Shown: piece after piece, positions 12,268-24,406 of the stretch
How the letters are laid out: every line of letters starts with the position of its first letter
How positions within the stretch are numbered: the stretch's first letter is position 1
Source of the DNA: Lama guanicoe
Taxonomy: Eukaryota
NCBI GenBank assembly: GCA_013239625.1
Contig: MU054085.1
Coordinates: forward strand, 1-64,000
Reading direction: 5' to 3'
DNA length: 64,000 nucleotides
Position numbers and translations under genes: made by a program
Notes under the pieces: generated by a model
Seen by the model: only the letters and a program-made list of their open reading frames with translations
The model's database searches: none
What the model was told of the DNA's origin: nothing

Positions 12268-13452
12268 TTTTTTTTTAATTGAAGTGCAGTCAATGACAAC
12301 GTGTCAATTTCTGGTGTACATCATAATATATCAATCATACATGTATATACATACATTCATTTTTATATTCTTTTTCATTATAGGTTACTACAAGATACTG
12401 GATATAGTTCCCTGTGCTATACAAAAGAAGCCTGTTGTTTATCTGTTTTATATATCATGGTTAGCACCTGTAAATCTCAAGCTCCCAGTTTATTCCTTCC
12501 CACCCTCTTTCCCCCGGTACCCATGTTTTTTTTCCTTTTACTATGTCTGTGAGTCTATTTCTGTTTTGTAGATAAGTTCATTAGTGTTTTCTTTTTTTTT
12601 TTTTAGATTCCACATATGAGTGATATCATATGGTATTTTTCATTTTCTTTCCAGCTTACTTCACTTAGAATGACAATCTCTTGGTCTATTCATGTTGTTA
12701 CAAATGGCATTATTTTATTCTTTCTTATGGCTGAGTAGTATTCCATTATATAAATATACCACAACTGCTTTATCCAGTCATCTGTTGATGGACATTTAGG
12801 TTGTTTCTTTGCCTTGGCTATTGTAAATAGTGCTGCTATGAACACTGGGATGCATGTATCTTTTTGAATTAGAGTTCCCTCCGGATATACGCCCAAGAGT
12901 GGGATTGCTGGATCATAGGCTGAGTCTGTTTTTAGTTTTTTGAGGAATCTCCATACTGTTTTCCACAGTGGCTGCACCAAACTGCCTTCCCACCAGCAGT
13001 GTAGGAGGGTTCCCTTTTCTCCACACCCTCCCAGCATTTATTGTGCATGACCATTTGGATGATGGCCTTTCTGACTGTTGTGAGGTGATATCTCATTGTA
13101 GTCTTAATTTGCATTTCTCTGATAGTTAGTGACACTGAGCGTTTTTTCATGTGCCTATTGGCCATTTTTCTATCTTCATTGGAGAATTGCTTGTTTAGGT
13201 CTTCTGCACATTTTTGGATCAGGTTGTTTTTTTTTTGTTGTTGTTATTAAGCTGTATGAGCTGTTTACATATTCTGAAATTAAGCCCTTATCAGTTACAT
13301 CATTTGCAAATATTTTCTCCAATTCCATAGGTTGTCTTTTTGCTTTGCTTATGGTATCCTTTGCTGTGCAAAAGCTTATAAGTTTAATTAGGTCCAATTT
13401 GTTAATTTTTGCTTTTATTTCTATTGTCTGGGAAAACATTGCTAAGGTTTAT
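12268..13452 (-). mobile_element. L1 3' end (ORF2 C-terminal region + 3'UTR)
   Basis: Poly-T start; minus ORFs 12690-13439 give [52 protein letters not shown]. Confidence 0.93.
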
Positions 13453-14019
13453 TACAAGTACTCTTTGTTGACACTGCCCTTGTCCCTGCCTCAGCCATGG
13501 GAACATTGGCAACCCACTCTGGTAGCCCCCTAGGTTCTGCACCCACAGAGCCACCAGCGAAGATCTGCCAATGTTAAGCACTAGGACCCAGCATAGCATG
13601 CATGCAGCCTCACACCTGGATCCATGGTGGGACACAGATTTAGCGCAGACCCCAGCTCTGCATTAGCATATGGTACACAGTCCCACTGTTAATGCCAAAC
13701 TCATCCCCATCACGTACCAGAAATACATTCGTTCATCTTAGAAGTGCACATCCACAAAGGCTCCAATGGAGCAAATCCACCACTGCTGCTTGGGGCTGGA
13801 ATCAAACCTCAGTCCTGCCCATGAAGTTGAGGCATCTCTGGGTATGGATTCAGGTTTCAGCTCCACCTCCTCCAGGGAGCTGCAAACCAGTGATTGTGTG
13901 GAAAAGATGGCTATTTCTGAACCCCCCCTCTTCTCGTGAGAATGTGAGCCAACAGTGGTGCCAAGCAATGTTCTCTGGGTTAGTGGCTGTGGCCTGGCTG
14001 CATTGTTGTGTACCAGCAG

Positions 14020-14072
<53 letters not shown>

Positions 14073-14545
14073 AATGGGGGTTCTGGGCTGTTCTGTTCTG
14101 CACACATTCCAACCCACAGCCTGCACCACACTCCAGTCTTCTGAGGCTGCCTCTGGGCAGTCAGCCCCAGTCCTGTCCCTGGGTTTGTTTGTGAAAGACT
14201 GAGATCCAGCAGCCAGTCCTGGCCCACACCCACTGGCTCACATTTCAGGCCAGGGATTGCAGATCCGCCTTTAAAAAAATTCCTCATTTTGTTCTGTAGT
14301 GAGAAGCACATTGATTTATCATTTGTCTTGGTTTCTACGGGCTTCTTGCTAAGTTTATCTAAATAATCTAACATTTTTGTACCATGTCTTTAGGGAAAAT
14401 TTGTCATATGCTCAAACCTATCTGTTTATTTTGTTATTTTAACTTTTGAATTTAATTTAATTTAATTTAATTTAATTTTCCTCTGTCTGCTGGCTGCAAT
14501 CTGGACTGCTTGGGCCCTAGTCCAGCTACTGCTGTCATCTGGAAA
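13453..14545 (-). mobile_element. L1 5'UTR-like segment abutting the 3' L1 fragment
   Basis: 13466-13503 matches 63145-63182 at 32/38; 14491-14504 is identical to 63919-63932. Both partners lie upstream of ORF1 in the L1 at 59240-64000. Confidence 0.6.
14021..14068 (+). repeat. (TG)n microsatellite
   Basis: About 24 perfect TG units. Confidence 0.97.
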
Positions 14546-14559
14546 TTTTCTTTTTCTGT

Positions 14560-15125
14560 TGTGGTAGACAGAATTGTAAAGATGTTCCCCAAGATGCCAA
14601 TCTACTATTTATTCAAGCAAATACTCAGTCATGGTACTACCGTGGGGGACTTTGCAGATGCTATTACGGTCACTAATGAGCTGACCTCAAAATAGGGAGA
14701 TCACCTTGTGGGCCCAGTGTAGCCATATGTGCCCTTAAAGCAGAAGAGGGAGGCAGAAAGTTGGTCAGAGAGATATGACAGGAAAGATGAGGCCGAAGGG
14801 GAGGACAGGGAGATTTGAAGAATGAGAAGGACTTGAACTTCTGGGGGTGGCCTAGACGCTGACACCAAGCCCAAGGAGTCAGGGACCTCAGTCCCACAAC
14901 CAGAGGAACAGAATTCTGCCAACAACCTCAATCAGGTTGGAAGCAGAATCATCCCTAGGGCCTCCAGAAAGGAGTGCGCCCTCTCACGTCTTGATTTTGA
15001 CTTTGTGAGACTCTCAGCAAAGAACCAGGTAAACTGTGCTGTACCTGAGCTGTGAGGTAATAAACTTGTGTTGTTTTAAGCTGCTGCATTTGTGGTAATT
15101 TGTTACATCACAAGAGAAAACTAGT
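14560..15125 (+). mobile_element. MLT1 (MaLR) solo LTR
   Basis: tgtggtagacagaatt..gactttgcagatg..aataaacttgtgttgttttaagc..gtggtaatttgttaca. Confidence 0.85.
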
Positions 15126-15219
15126 GAAGCTGTCGCCATGGGCTTCACTCTCGTCTTCCTTGTGCTGGAGTCCCGCTTTCCAGGCCCTTTGATTTTCTCC
15201 TGGAGCATATTCTCCAGTA

Positions 15220-15668
15220 CAGCTGTTTTCAAACATGTTGGTCTCAGGAGCCTTTCACGCTCTTAAAAATTATTTACGACCCCAAAGAATGTTTGTTGTG
15301 ATTATACCTATTAACATTCACCATGTTAGAAATTAAAGCTAAGAGATTTTAAAAATATTCATCAGTTTGTTTCAAAATAGCAATAAAATGCATTATATAT
15401 TATTATAAATAAATTCTTTCTGAAACATTTAGGTTTTTAAAATAAAAAATACTGAGAAGAGAGGTATTGTTTTACATTTCTGCAAATCTCTTTCATGTCT
15501 GGCTGAATAGAAGCCGGCTGGCTGCTCAGACCTGTTGCAATGAAGTACTTTAGCTGTAGTGTATGGAGAAAATCTGTTCACAATGCAGGTATGTAGCTGG
15601 AAAAGCAAAGACCTCAGTGATCCCTGAAAAGGTTCCAAAGGTCCCTTGGCCACACTTGGAAAACTGCT
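15220..15668. mobile_element. Charlie1-like hAT deletion derivative
   Basis: Inverted ends cagctgttttcaaac / cttggaaaactgct; internal ggtctcaggag..ctcttaaaaattatt..gaccccaaag. Confidence 0.7.
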
Positions 15669-15797
15669 ACTGTGGCATCTTGCCACCCAGTGAATTGTCC
15701 AGGGACGAACAGTACTAGTAACACTAGGATCTGAATCAGGATGTTCAGTGTGATAAGATCCCTATGTGGTTCTTTTGCTCAGGAAAGTTTGAGACGG

Positions 15798-16692
15798 TGT
15801 TTAGGGAAAAACCTGTCTTTCCCCTTGTGTTTCTTCTTTACTTTTAACACACTCACAACACTCTTGACACAAGGTATGTGGGGTTTTTCTCCCACCAAAC
15901 AACTTTCTGTGACACTGACTGAGTGACCTACAACTTAGCTCCATTCTGACACGATCTATCTGAAGACAGTGTCAGACCCCAAAGGTTAAGGGCTCAGCTC
16001 CACAGGACTGCCCTCACCTATTATGCCAATCGCAGGTCCAGGTTTTAACTGTGTTTATGATCTATCAGCTATAAATCTGAGGTTTCCATGACCCCCTCTT
16101 CCCCAGATTCAATTAATTTGCTAGCGTCACTCAGAACTCAGGGGAAACACTTAGGTTTACCAGTTTATTAATGGACATGATAAAGCGCACAGAGAGACAG
16201 CAGATGAAGAGACACGTGGGCTGAGGTCCAGGAGGGCCCTCAGCACAGGAGCTTCTGTCCTTGTGGGGCTGGAAGTGCGCCTACCGACCTGGGAGCTCTC
16301 TGAACCTCCTACTCTTGGGATGCTGTGGAGGCGTCCTCACAGAGGTATGGATTATTAACTCCATTTGCAGCCCCTCTTCTCTCTCCTGAGAATGCGGTGG
16401 GGGTGAGACTGAAAATTCCAAGCACCCTTAAGGCTCGGACTTTCTAGTGACCAGACCCCATCCAGGAGCCCAGCAAGAGGTGCCTTATTAGTACAGATTT
16501 TCTATCATCTAGGAAATTCCAGGGGATTTAGGAACCCTGTTTCAGGAACTGGGGTCAAAGACCAAATATGAGACCAAATGCTGCTCCTCATGGGCTCAAC
16601 ACTTAGGAAATTCTAAGGGTTTTAGGAGCTCCGTGCCAGGAACAGGGACAAAGACCAAATATCTATTTCTTATCATAAATGACAGTATCACA
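15798..16692. mobile_element. MER21-like solo LTR
   Basis: attctgacac..tcagacccc aaaggttaagggctcag..caggactgccc..gacaaagaccaaatat..tatcaca, the recalled MER21 pattern. Confidence 0.75.
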
Positions 16693-17197
16693 GGCACTTA
16701 CATCCTCAGGACAGGAAGTTCTCTGAGTCATTGCATGTCTGAAAATGTCTTTACTCTAACATCGTGTTGACTTGATAGTTTGGCTGGGCATAGGCTAGAT
16801 GCTCGATTGAAAGTCATTTTAGCTTTTAATTTCTGTTTTTGCAGAAATCAATGGTATCTGGTGGGAGAGTAGGGACATTATTTACCCTGGCAGGCTTGGG
16901 GTAGGGGTGCGGGAGATTCAAATCTCCCTGTAAATAGATTTTCAAGCAATCTCTATGTTTTCAACCCCTTGCTTCATTCTTACCTTCCTCAAAACATTAT
17001 TCCTCTGTGTTCTTTTCTAGGGTCTGTAGGGAAAACCATACCTCATTCTTATCTTTCTCTACTCCATAAAACATCCAATTTATAGCTTCCTTTGTTCCTC
17101 CCATTCTCTTCAGATTTTTGGTTTACAGTTTTATTACTTCACTGTTCTTTTGGTGGTATTCCAATGGTTGTGTTTGCTCAGAAGTCTCTCAAATAGG

Positions 17198-17893
17198 AAT
17201 GTAATTTGGTACAGCTGCTGTGGACAACAGTATTGAGATTCCTTAAAAAACTAAATAGACTTATTATATGATCCAGCAATCCCACTCATGGGCATATATC
17301 CAGAGAAAATGCCAATTCAAAAAGATAAATGCACCCCAGTGTTCATAGCAGCACTATTTATAATAGCTAAGACATGAAAGCAGCCTACATGTCCATCAAC
17401 AGATGACTAGGTCAAGAAGTTGTGTTATATTTATACAGTGGAATACTATTCAGACATAAAAAAGAATAAAATAATGCCATTTACAACAATATGGATGGAT
17501 CCAGAAATTGTCATTCTAAGTGAAGTAGGCTAGAAAGAGGAAGAAAAATATCATATGATATCACTTGTATGTGGAAACTAAAAAAATGACACAAATGAAC
17601 TTATTTACAAAACAGAAATAGGCTCATAGACATAGAAAACAAACTTATGATTCCTAAAGGGGAAAGGGAGAGGGGAGGGATAAATTAGGAGTTCGGGATT
17701 AGCATGTAGAAACTACTATATGCAGAACAGATAAACAATAAGGTCCTACTGTATAGCACAGGGAACTATATTCAATGGCTTATAATAATCTATAATAAAA
17801 AAGCATATAAAAAAGAATATATAATTAAATCACTATGCTGTGCACCAGAAAGTAACACAACATTGTAAATCAACTATACGTCAATGAAAAAAA
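17198..17893 (+). mobile_element. L1 3' end
   Basis: ORF2 tail and 3'UTR homologous to 3432-4070; A-tail; degenerate TSD aagtctctcaaat (~17182) / aagtctcccaaat (~17893). Confidence 0.9.
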
Positions 17894-20529
17894 AGTCTCC
17901 CAAATGGTTTTAATTACCCAGAACACTACAAAATGTTCTGCTATCTGGTTGACCTCAAAGAATTTTTCCTGGCCCATCTTTCACTTTCTTTTCTCATATG
18001 AATTTTGTAATCAGCTTGCCTAGTCTCCCCGCTTACATCCTCCCAAGTCCTATTGACATTTTATTGAGGTCATATAATTTTATTGTTTAATTTAGAGATC
18101 TTTAAATTATTAAGTCTTTCAAGAAGAGTATCTTTTTCCATTCATTCAATTATTCTCTTATGTTCCTCAGTAGAACTGTAAAGTTTAACTTTGACAGATT
18201 TTGCCCATGTCTTGAGTTTTCTCTCTTTGGTTGCTATATAAATGAGATAATTTCTTCTAACATATTTTGTAACTGTTAAGTGTTTCACTTACCATGGTAT
18301 CAATGAAGTCTTCTTTGATCTTGAGGTCTACAAAGCTCCCTCATATTTTAAAATGTATTAACTATATTTTTGTTTAATTTTAAAAGTAATACATGGCATT
18401 TTTAAAATGATTGAAAACCTAAAAGGGTATACAAAGAGAGGTAAATTTCCCGCTCATCCCTGGATATATGGATATGCAATAACATGTTAAAGTGGTTCTC
18501 TTCCTTCCTTTTGAGTGAGGTTCAAAGTCCTGCAAAATGCCTTATATTTACACTCAGTTGCCTTTGTAGGCTGTGCTGAGAGATTGCAAGAGAGGATTGG
18601 CTGTATTACCAACCCTCTGCTGGCCAGTAAGAGCAGTGGGTGTAGCGAGGCTGAGGGATTTCTTCGGAGAATGTTGTCAGTGTGCTTGGCCAAGTGAGCG
18701 GACTTCACGGCCGTCTCCCAGAGAGCTGGAGCCTGTTGCCTGGCATTTGTTAGAAATGAAGATGCATCCATTTCTACCTGGAGATGGTGAAAAGGCTATT
18801 TTAGAACTGCCTACCTGGGGGTTGAGTGAAGAGAGATGGCTCCCTTAGAACTGTGCTGCATTTTCAGTAGCTGTGGAGCGAAGATGCATGTTTTGAGGGG
18901 ACAAGAGGTGGGTTCTGTTTGGACCGCAGAGGAGCCTCGCGTTGTTTTGGGTTCCACCCAGGAGGATTTCCTGATGGCACCATGTGATCCGAACGGAGTG
19001 AATGAGTGGGCCTGAGGGAGAGGTTGTCCACAGCCAGACAAGAGGCAGCTCCTGGTGCAAGGGAGACACAGCTATGGGCCCCCAGTGGAAGAGCTCCAAA
19101 AAGGGAGGGAAACAAAGAAACATCAAACCTTCTGACAGCTGTCTGTAAAACATCTGGAAGCTCTGCGTCTGTCACACCCAGAGAATCAGGCTCCATTACC
19201 TCTGCATCAACCACAGAAGACCACCTCTCTCTACAGCCCCTCCTCCCCTGCACTCTAAGGTGGGGCGGGTGGGCCGGGAGCTCTGGCCGGTAAGAGACTG
19301 GGGGAGGTGAGTGGAGAAGGGAGAGCTGCCAACCTCACGTCCCCCAACAGCACCGACCTGCAGATGACAGGCCTAGACTGACAGGGAAGGGAGAGGGTTG
19401 ACATCAGATGAAACTGGAGATTTAGCTCCTACGTTGGATGGAGTGTTGAGTCACCAAAGTGAGGTTTTTCTTATAACTGAATGTGACTGTTATTTTCTGT
19501 TTTGTTTTGTTTTTTTAATTATCTAGGAGTAGCTGGAAAAGTGCCAGCAATTGCATCTGGAGTGGGGAAAAGAACAAATCCACATGGTGAATTTAAGCAG
19601 AAGTGGTGGGAAAGAATGAACCTACTTTTTTATGTACTCTATTCCAGCACACACAAACCAAACAAAAACAAACAAGAAAACAAAACGAGAAACCACTCCC
19701 CCCAGCCACAAAATCCAAAAGCCTCCGCAAATAGGGCCATACCATACTTAAGTAGCTCTGTGCCTTGCTTATTACTTAATAACATATCTTAGAGATGTTT
19801 ACCTACCAGCACATATGTGTGTCTATTTTTAAGTCTGTTATGTAGTATTAAATTGTATTTACAAACTGTATTTACTTAAACCATTGCTCTATTTGTAAAC
19901 AATTAAGATTTTCCCAATTAATAATCCCAAATCCTTGCTTTTACATACAATGTGGCAATGAATATTCTTCTTTGGTTTTTTGCTTGCATGTGGGGGGATA
20001 TTTATAGAATGCATTTCTGGGAGTAAGATTGCTAAATGAACCAATATGCAAATCTTTAAATTTATGATCCTGCGAAGAAATGTCATCAATTTAAATTGCT
20101 ACCAGCAGTTTCTTCATAATCATGTAGCTATTGTGTATCATCAAATGCTTTCATCTTTGCCAGCATGAGAGGTTTAAAAAAACAGCACCTTGGCAATTTA
20201 TAAATTATCAGATTGAGTATCTTTTCATGTCTTTGTAAGTCATTTGTATTGCTTTGTCGATAAATTGCCCATTTGTGTCTTTATGGATTGATTTTAAAAA
20301 CTGCATTTTTAGCTGTGTTTTTGAGTGGGAAGTCAGCCACTGAGTGAGGGGAAAGGAATGAGAGGGGGAGCTGCTCCCAGGGCCGGGGGCACCAGCATGT
20401 GGCCAGGAAAACCTGGCTTGCTCAGATCTTTAATCTGCCTTCTCTTGTTCCTTCTCTTCTTTGGGTTTGTGTCTCAGTGTTTGGGTTTGAAGCTCTGTAG
20501 AGCGTAGATGACCTTAGGCTGCTCTCCCC

Positions 20530-21055
20530 CTCCACCCTGTCACCAGCACTGTGAGCACGTACCAGGGGCAGGGGTTCCTGCTGGTAATCATCCACACTGC
20601 ACCCTCCTCCGTGCTGCCCTGTGCCCTGGGAGGCTGGCCAGCATGTCCTACCGCAGTGGGCTTCCCACGCAGCTGCTGGTTGGGTTCAGCCAATGGGGAA
20701 ACCCCACAGGAGATGCAAAGGATCAGGAGGGAGAGTCAAGCCAATGTCCGTTTCCCTTCTTCTTGTGGGATCACCACAGGTAGCTGTGTCCCTTGACCAA
20801 AGGTCTCAGCCTGTGGCAGGCTTCTTTCAACTTAGCCGCACCATCTTTGAGTTTTCTTAACTGCATCCTCCTTCACGCTTCAGGCCTAGGGGTGAGTGAA
20901 GGCTGCTTCTGACGTCGGGATACCACACTATTCTCGTGAATTCCCTACTCTTTGTCTACACTTTTGTAAATAGTCCCTTAGTAAACTGCCCCCAAAGTAC
21001 CCAAAGTCACATGTGACATCTCAGCTCAGTACGCTGGGACCCTGACCAGCTGTAT
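20530..21055 (+). mobile_element. LTR33-like ERVL solo LTR
   Basis: ctgggaggctgg..tgggttcagccaatggg..tttgtaaatagtccctt..ctgggaccctgac. Confidence 0.6.
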
Positions 21056-22074
21056 CCAGTGAGTCCTAAATAGGAAGAAAATTAAGCCACACCCATGGCT
21101 GGTGTTGGAGCCTCCAACCACTCTCAAGAGGGGCACACAGAGTGGTGCCCGGGGCCAGTCAGCCCCACACTGTCCTACATTGTAGAGACTTCAAGGGCTG
21201 TGTTTTGATAATGATGGCACCAGGACCAGGGGGAGGAAGGGGACTGCACCAGGGCAGTGAGATGCTCCTGGACATACTTCAGCCCCTGGTGACCAACGGA
21301 ACTGAGAAGGCTGTGCTGGATGGACTTCTGAGGCAACAGGGGCGGCTCTGTGCTTGAGGAAGAGGTGACAGCCACAGCAGAGCTCTGTGATTCCTCCCGG
21401 GGCGTGGGTGAAGCCGGCTTCAGTGGGGATCTCAGGAGTGAGAGCGGTGAGAACTCTGGGAGAGGCAGGGCATGAGGAGGATGGGATGGGTCAGGGGAGG
21501 GAAGGTGACCAGAACGCTTCAGTTGCAGGAGGACTCTGGGTAACATTGGATTCAAGTCCAGCATGTCCCCAGGAGGCTGCCTGTGCCCTAGTGCGGGTAG
21601 GCGGGCCAGTCTGGGTAGGAATCTGAGAAGATGCCGGGGTCAGGGAAGAGGTTAGGGCTGTAGGCAGTGGTCCAGCCTTTAGTGAGAGGCTCATAGCCTG
21701 TAGGGGTCCAGCCTGTGAGAGAACTCCCTCCATTGCTGTTCCTGAGCAACACCAGGGGTGCGCACATGTCCTCCGTGTGCTTTCATTCCCACCTGCGGCC
21801 TCAGCCAGTAGCTGCTCTGCTGCTCAGCCCTTCTCATTGCTGTTTCTCCAGGTGACCACTGTGCTCTCATCAGGGTCCAAGAGTGACCTACTTTTTCTCC
21901 CCAAAATTACAGCCTAGAGCAGGCTTTACCTAAAGACTTGGTAAGATCAGGTGGCAATTACCATGTAGAGAAGGAAAATTCAAACCACATGCCTCCCAGA
22001 GTTTCTTACTGGAGGGTTTTTCCTTTCCCCACATCTGCCTTTAGCCCCTTAGCGGGGCCATCTTTGTACCTTTA

Positions 22075-22310
22075 ATTAATTAGTTTATTTTTATTGTGGT
22101 AAAATGTACATGAAGTCAAATGTACCATTTTGGTCATTTTAAGTGTACAGTTCAGTTGGCATTGATTATATCTGCTGTGTTGTACATCCATCACCACTAC
22201 CCATTGCAGAGCTTTTGCATCATCCTGAACAGAAATTCTATGTGCATTAAACAGTGACTTCTCATTTCTCCCACTTTGCAGCCTCTGGTGACCTTTAGTC
22301 TGCTTTCTGT
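22075..22310 (-). mobile_element. Old L1 (L1MB-like) 3' fragment
   Basis: ttattgtggtaaaatgtaca..ttttaagtgtacagttcag..catcaccactac. Confidence 0.7.
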
Positions 22311-22794
22311 AACTGGTTCATCATTTTGCAGGATTCACCTCCTATGAGTCTTGAGAGAAGAAAGTAGTTTCTTCCTCCTTTGTTCAAGGATAACATAAAA
22401 AAAAATAGAACAAAAGGGAGATACAGTTTAGCCCATAAACCAGTATCTTTAATCCCTGAATTACAGAATTACTGTGGCAAATCTGTGACTTAGGCAGAGA
22501 AAACTGGACATGATATAATCATTTTGGTGCTAATTGCTGGAAGTTACTGTTATGAAGTGGAAGTTTAATGCTATACCAAATGGCCTCAGCTTGTGCTTTG
22601 TGAATTGACCTTATGTCTCTTTTATAATGTTTGGTCTCCTTTCCTAATTCTGTGCTTCACGTCTGCTTTGGACTGATAAAGCAGACAGTTAAGCTTGTTA
22701 CTGTGTGGTGTAAAGTAAGATTGATAAACTCTGAATGAGGGATTGAGCCCCTCCCATAAGGAGCCTAATCCCATAAATAGAGTGCGTTGACTTC

Positions 22795-22846
22795 TTTCTT
22801 TTTTTTATTGAGTTATAGTCTGTTTACAATGTTGTGTCAAAAGACG
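22795..22846 (-). mobile_element. Extremely 5'-truncated L1 tail (~50 bp)
   Basis: Poly-T followed by ttattgagttatagtctgtttacaatgttgtgtcaa; TSD gcgttgacttc 22784-22794 / gcgttaacttc 22847-22857. Confidence 0.75.
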
Positions 22847-23225
22847 GCGTTAACTTCAACACCATTATTTTGGTTGTTTGAAGGCCTTTATGCATACAGT
22901 CTTCTCAGACTTGATTTTCTGCTCTATGCCGAGGAGGTGAGGTCACCCGCTAATCTGCTAGGTGCGGGGTTTGGGTTGTACACTCCAGAAGGGACGTGGC
23001 CGTGGTGGACTGGAGGGAGGGCAAAGAAAAGCCTGAATGTAGCTCCTGGCCTCACTGACTGTGTATTTCAGGTCCAGGATGTGATCCACTGCTACGGCCA
23101 CAGGGCAGTGGCCACCAGGCTCAGAAGAGGCTCTGTGGGCTAAGGATAGCCCTGACAGGTTGGACACCAGGCACGGTTCTGCAGGGTTCCTGGGCTGCTT
23201 GTCTTGGTGTACTGCTTGGTACAGC

Positions 23226-23715
23226 TGACATATTTAAGATCGCTTAAAAATCAAAATGCCTGTGGTTCAGGAATCCAAAAGGGAGCCAGGTGGCCATTGT
23301 GGATATGGCTTCAGACTTGTTTCTGCATCACCGAGAACTTGAATTTTTTCTGAATTATCTCAAACTCAAGGACACTACCATGTTCAGAGCAGCGTCTGTT
23401 AGCAGCTGCTACTTGCAACCTTGTAGTTTCAGTCACCCCACTCTGCCCTTTGCAGCCATGTAATCGTTTCAGAGCCCAATCAACCCTTGCTTAATAAGAA
23501 CCCTTACTTCTTGCCAGCCTCAATTCTAATTCTTGGCAAACAACTTATGCAAACTTGTGGGGGGGGGTTGCATTTATAAGCCTCCCCTATGTTGTAGTTC
23601 AGCAGAACACAATTTAAATGCTTCTTGGATCTGTGTCTCCCAGACTTCAATACTAACAAACCCTACATAATTATATCTATTTCAGTCAGATCTCTATTTC
23701 TGAAATTTTAGTTAC
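23226..23715 (+). mobile_element. ERV1 LTR relic (MER34-like)
   Basis: TATA-like ttataagcc, then atctgtgtctccc, a motif shared with the LTR at 44303-44731. Confidence 0.45.
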
Positions 23716-23910
23716 CCAGGCCACCCATCTCTCGCTCTCTTTTTTTAAACATGCTTCAGCTTTTGTCCCGGTCCTTGATTCCTCACCGAATCTCCTATTC
23801 CCGAGTCATACATGTATGTACATTTATATCTCTGTGTCTGTATCTCAACACCTTCCTGGTTCATTCTGACTTTAGCCTTCATAGTAATGTCACAAACCAT
23901 TCACTTTTTT

Positions 23911-24406
23911 TGTAACAGGGAAGAACAAATCTGACCCCATGTTAGATCTGTTCCTTTAGCGCCAGCCCTGTGCTCTGTGTCCTGTGCTGAGTCGTGCCGG
24001 TGCTGCACCTTTTGCAAAAGAAGGTTGCCTGTAGCCTGAAATATACATGATAGCTCTGACCTTTAAGGGTATAACATTTTTCCATTCACGTAGAGATAAA
24101 AAGTTGCAGAACAGAGAATAACATTCACCTGGTTGAAGATATATAGGAACACCACAACTTGACCCATGTGGACAGCTGTAAGAACAAAAGATTCTGACAC
24201 CAAGAAGTTTGCAAACCTGCTCCCCTTTTTAGTATAAAAGGAGCCCGAATTCCGTCTTGGATAAGATGATTCTCTAGGACATTAGTCCCCCATCTTCTTG
24301 GTCTGTTGACTTTCCAAATAAAGTCGTTATTCCTTGCCCCAACACCTTGTCTCAAGATTTATTGGCCCGTTGTGCAGTGAGTAGAATGAGTTTGGACTTG
24401 CAAACA
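23911..24406 (+). mobile_element. ERV1 solo LTR (MER39-like 3' half)
   Basis: TGTAACA...AAACA ends, TATAAAA at ~24233, AATAAA at ~24317, ttccttgccccaacaccttgtctc..tttattggcc. Confidence 0.8.

Noticed and set aside
13692..14374. Cys/Val- and His/Thr-repeat ORFs
   Set aside because: Produced by the (TG)n microsatellite.
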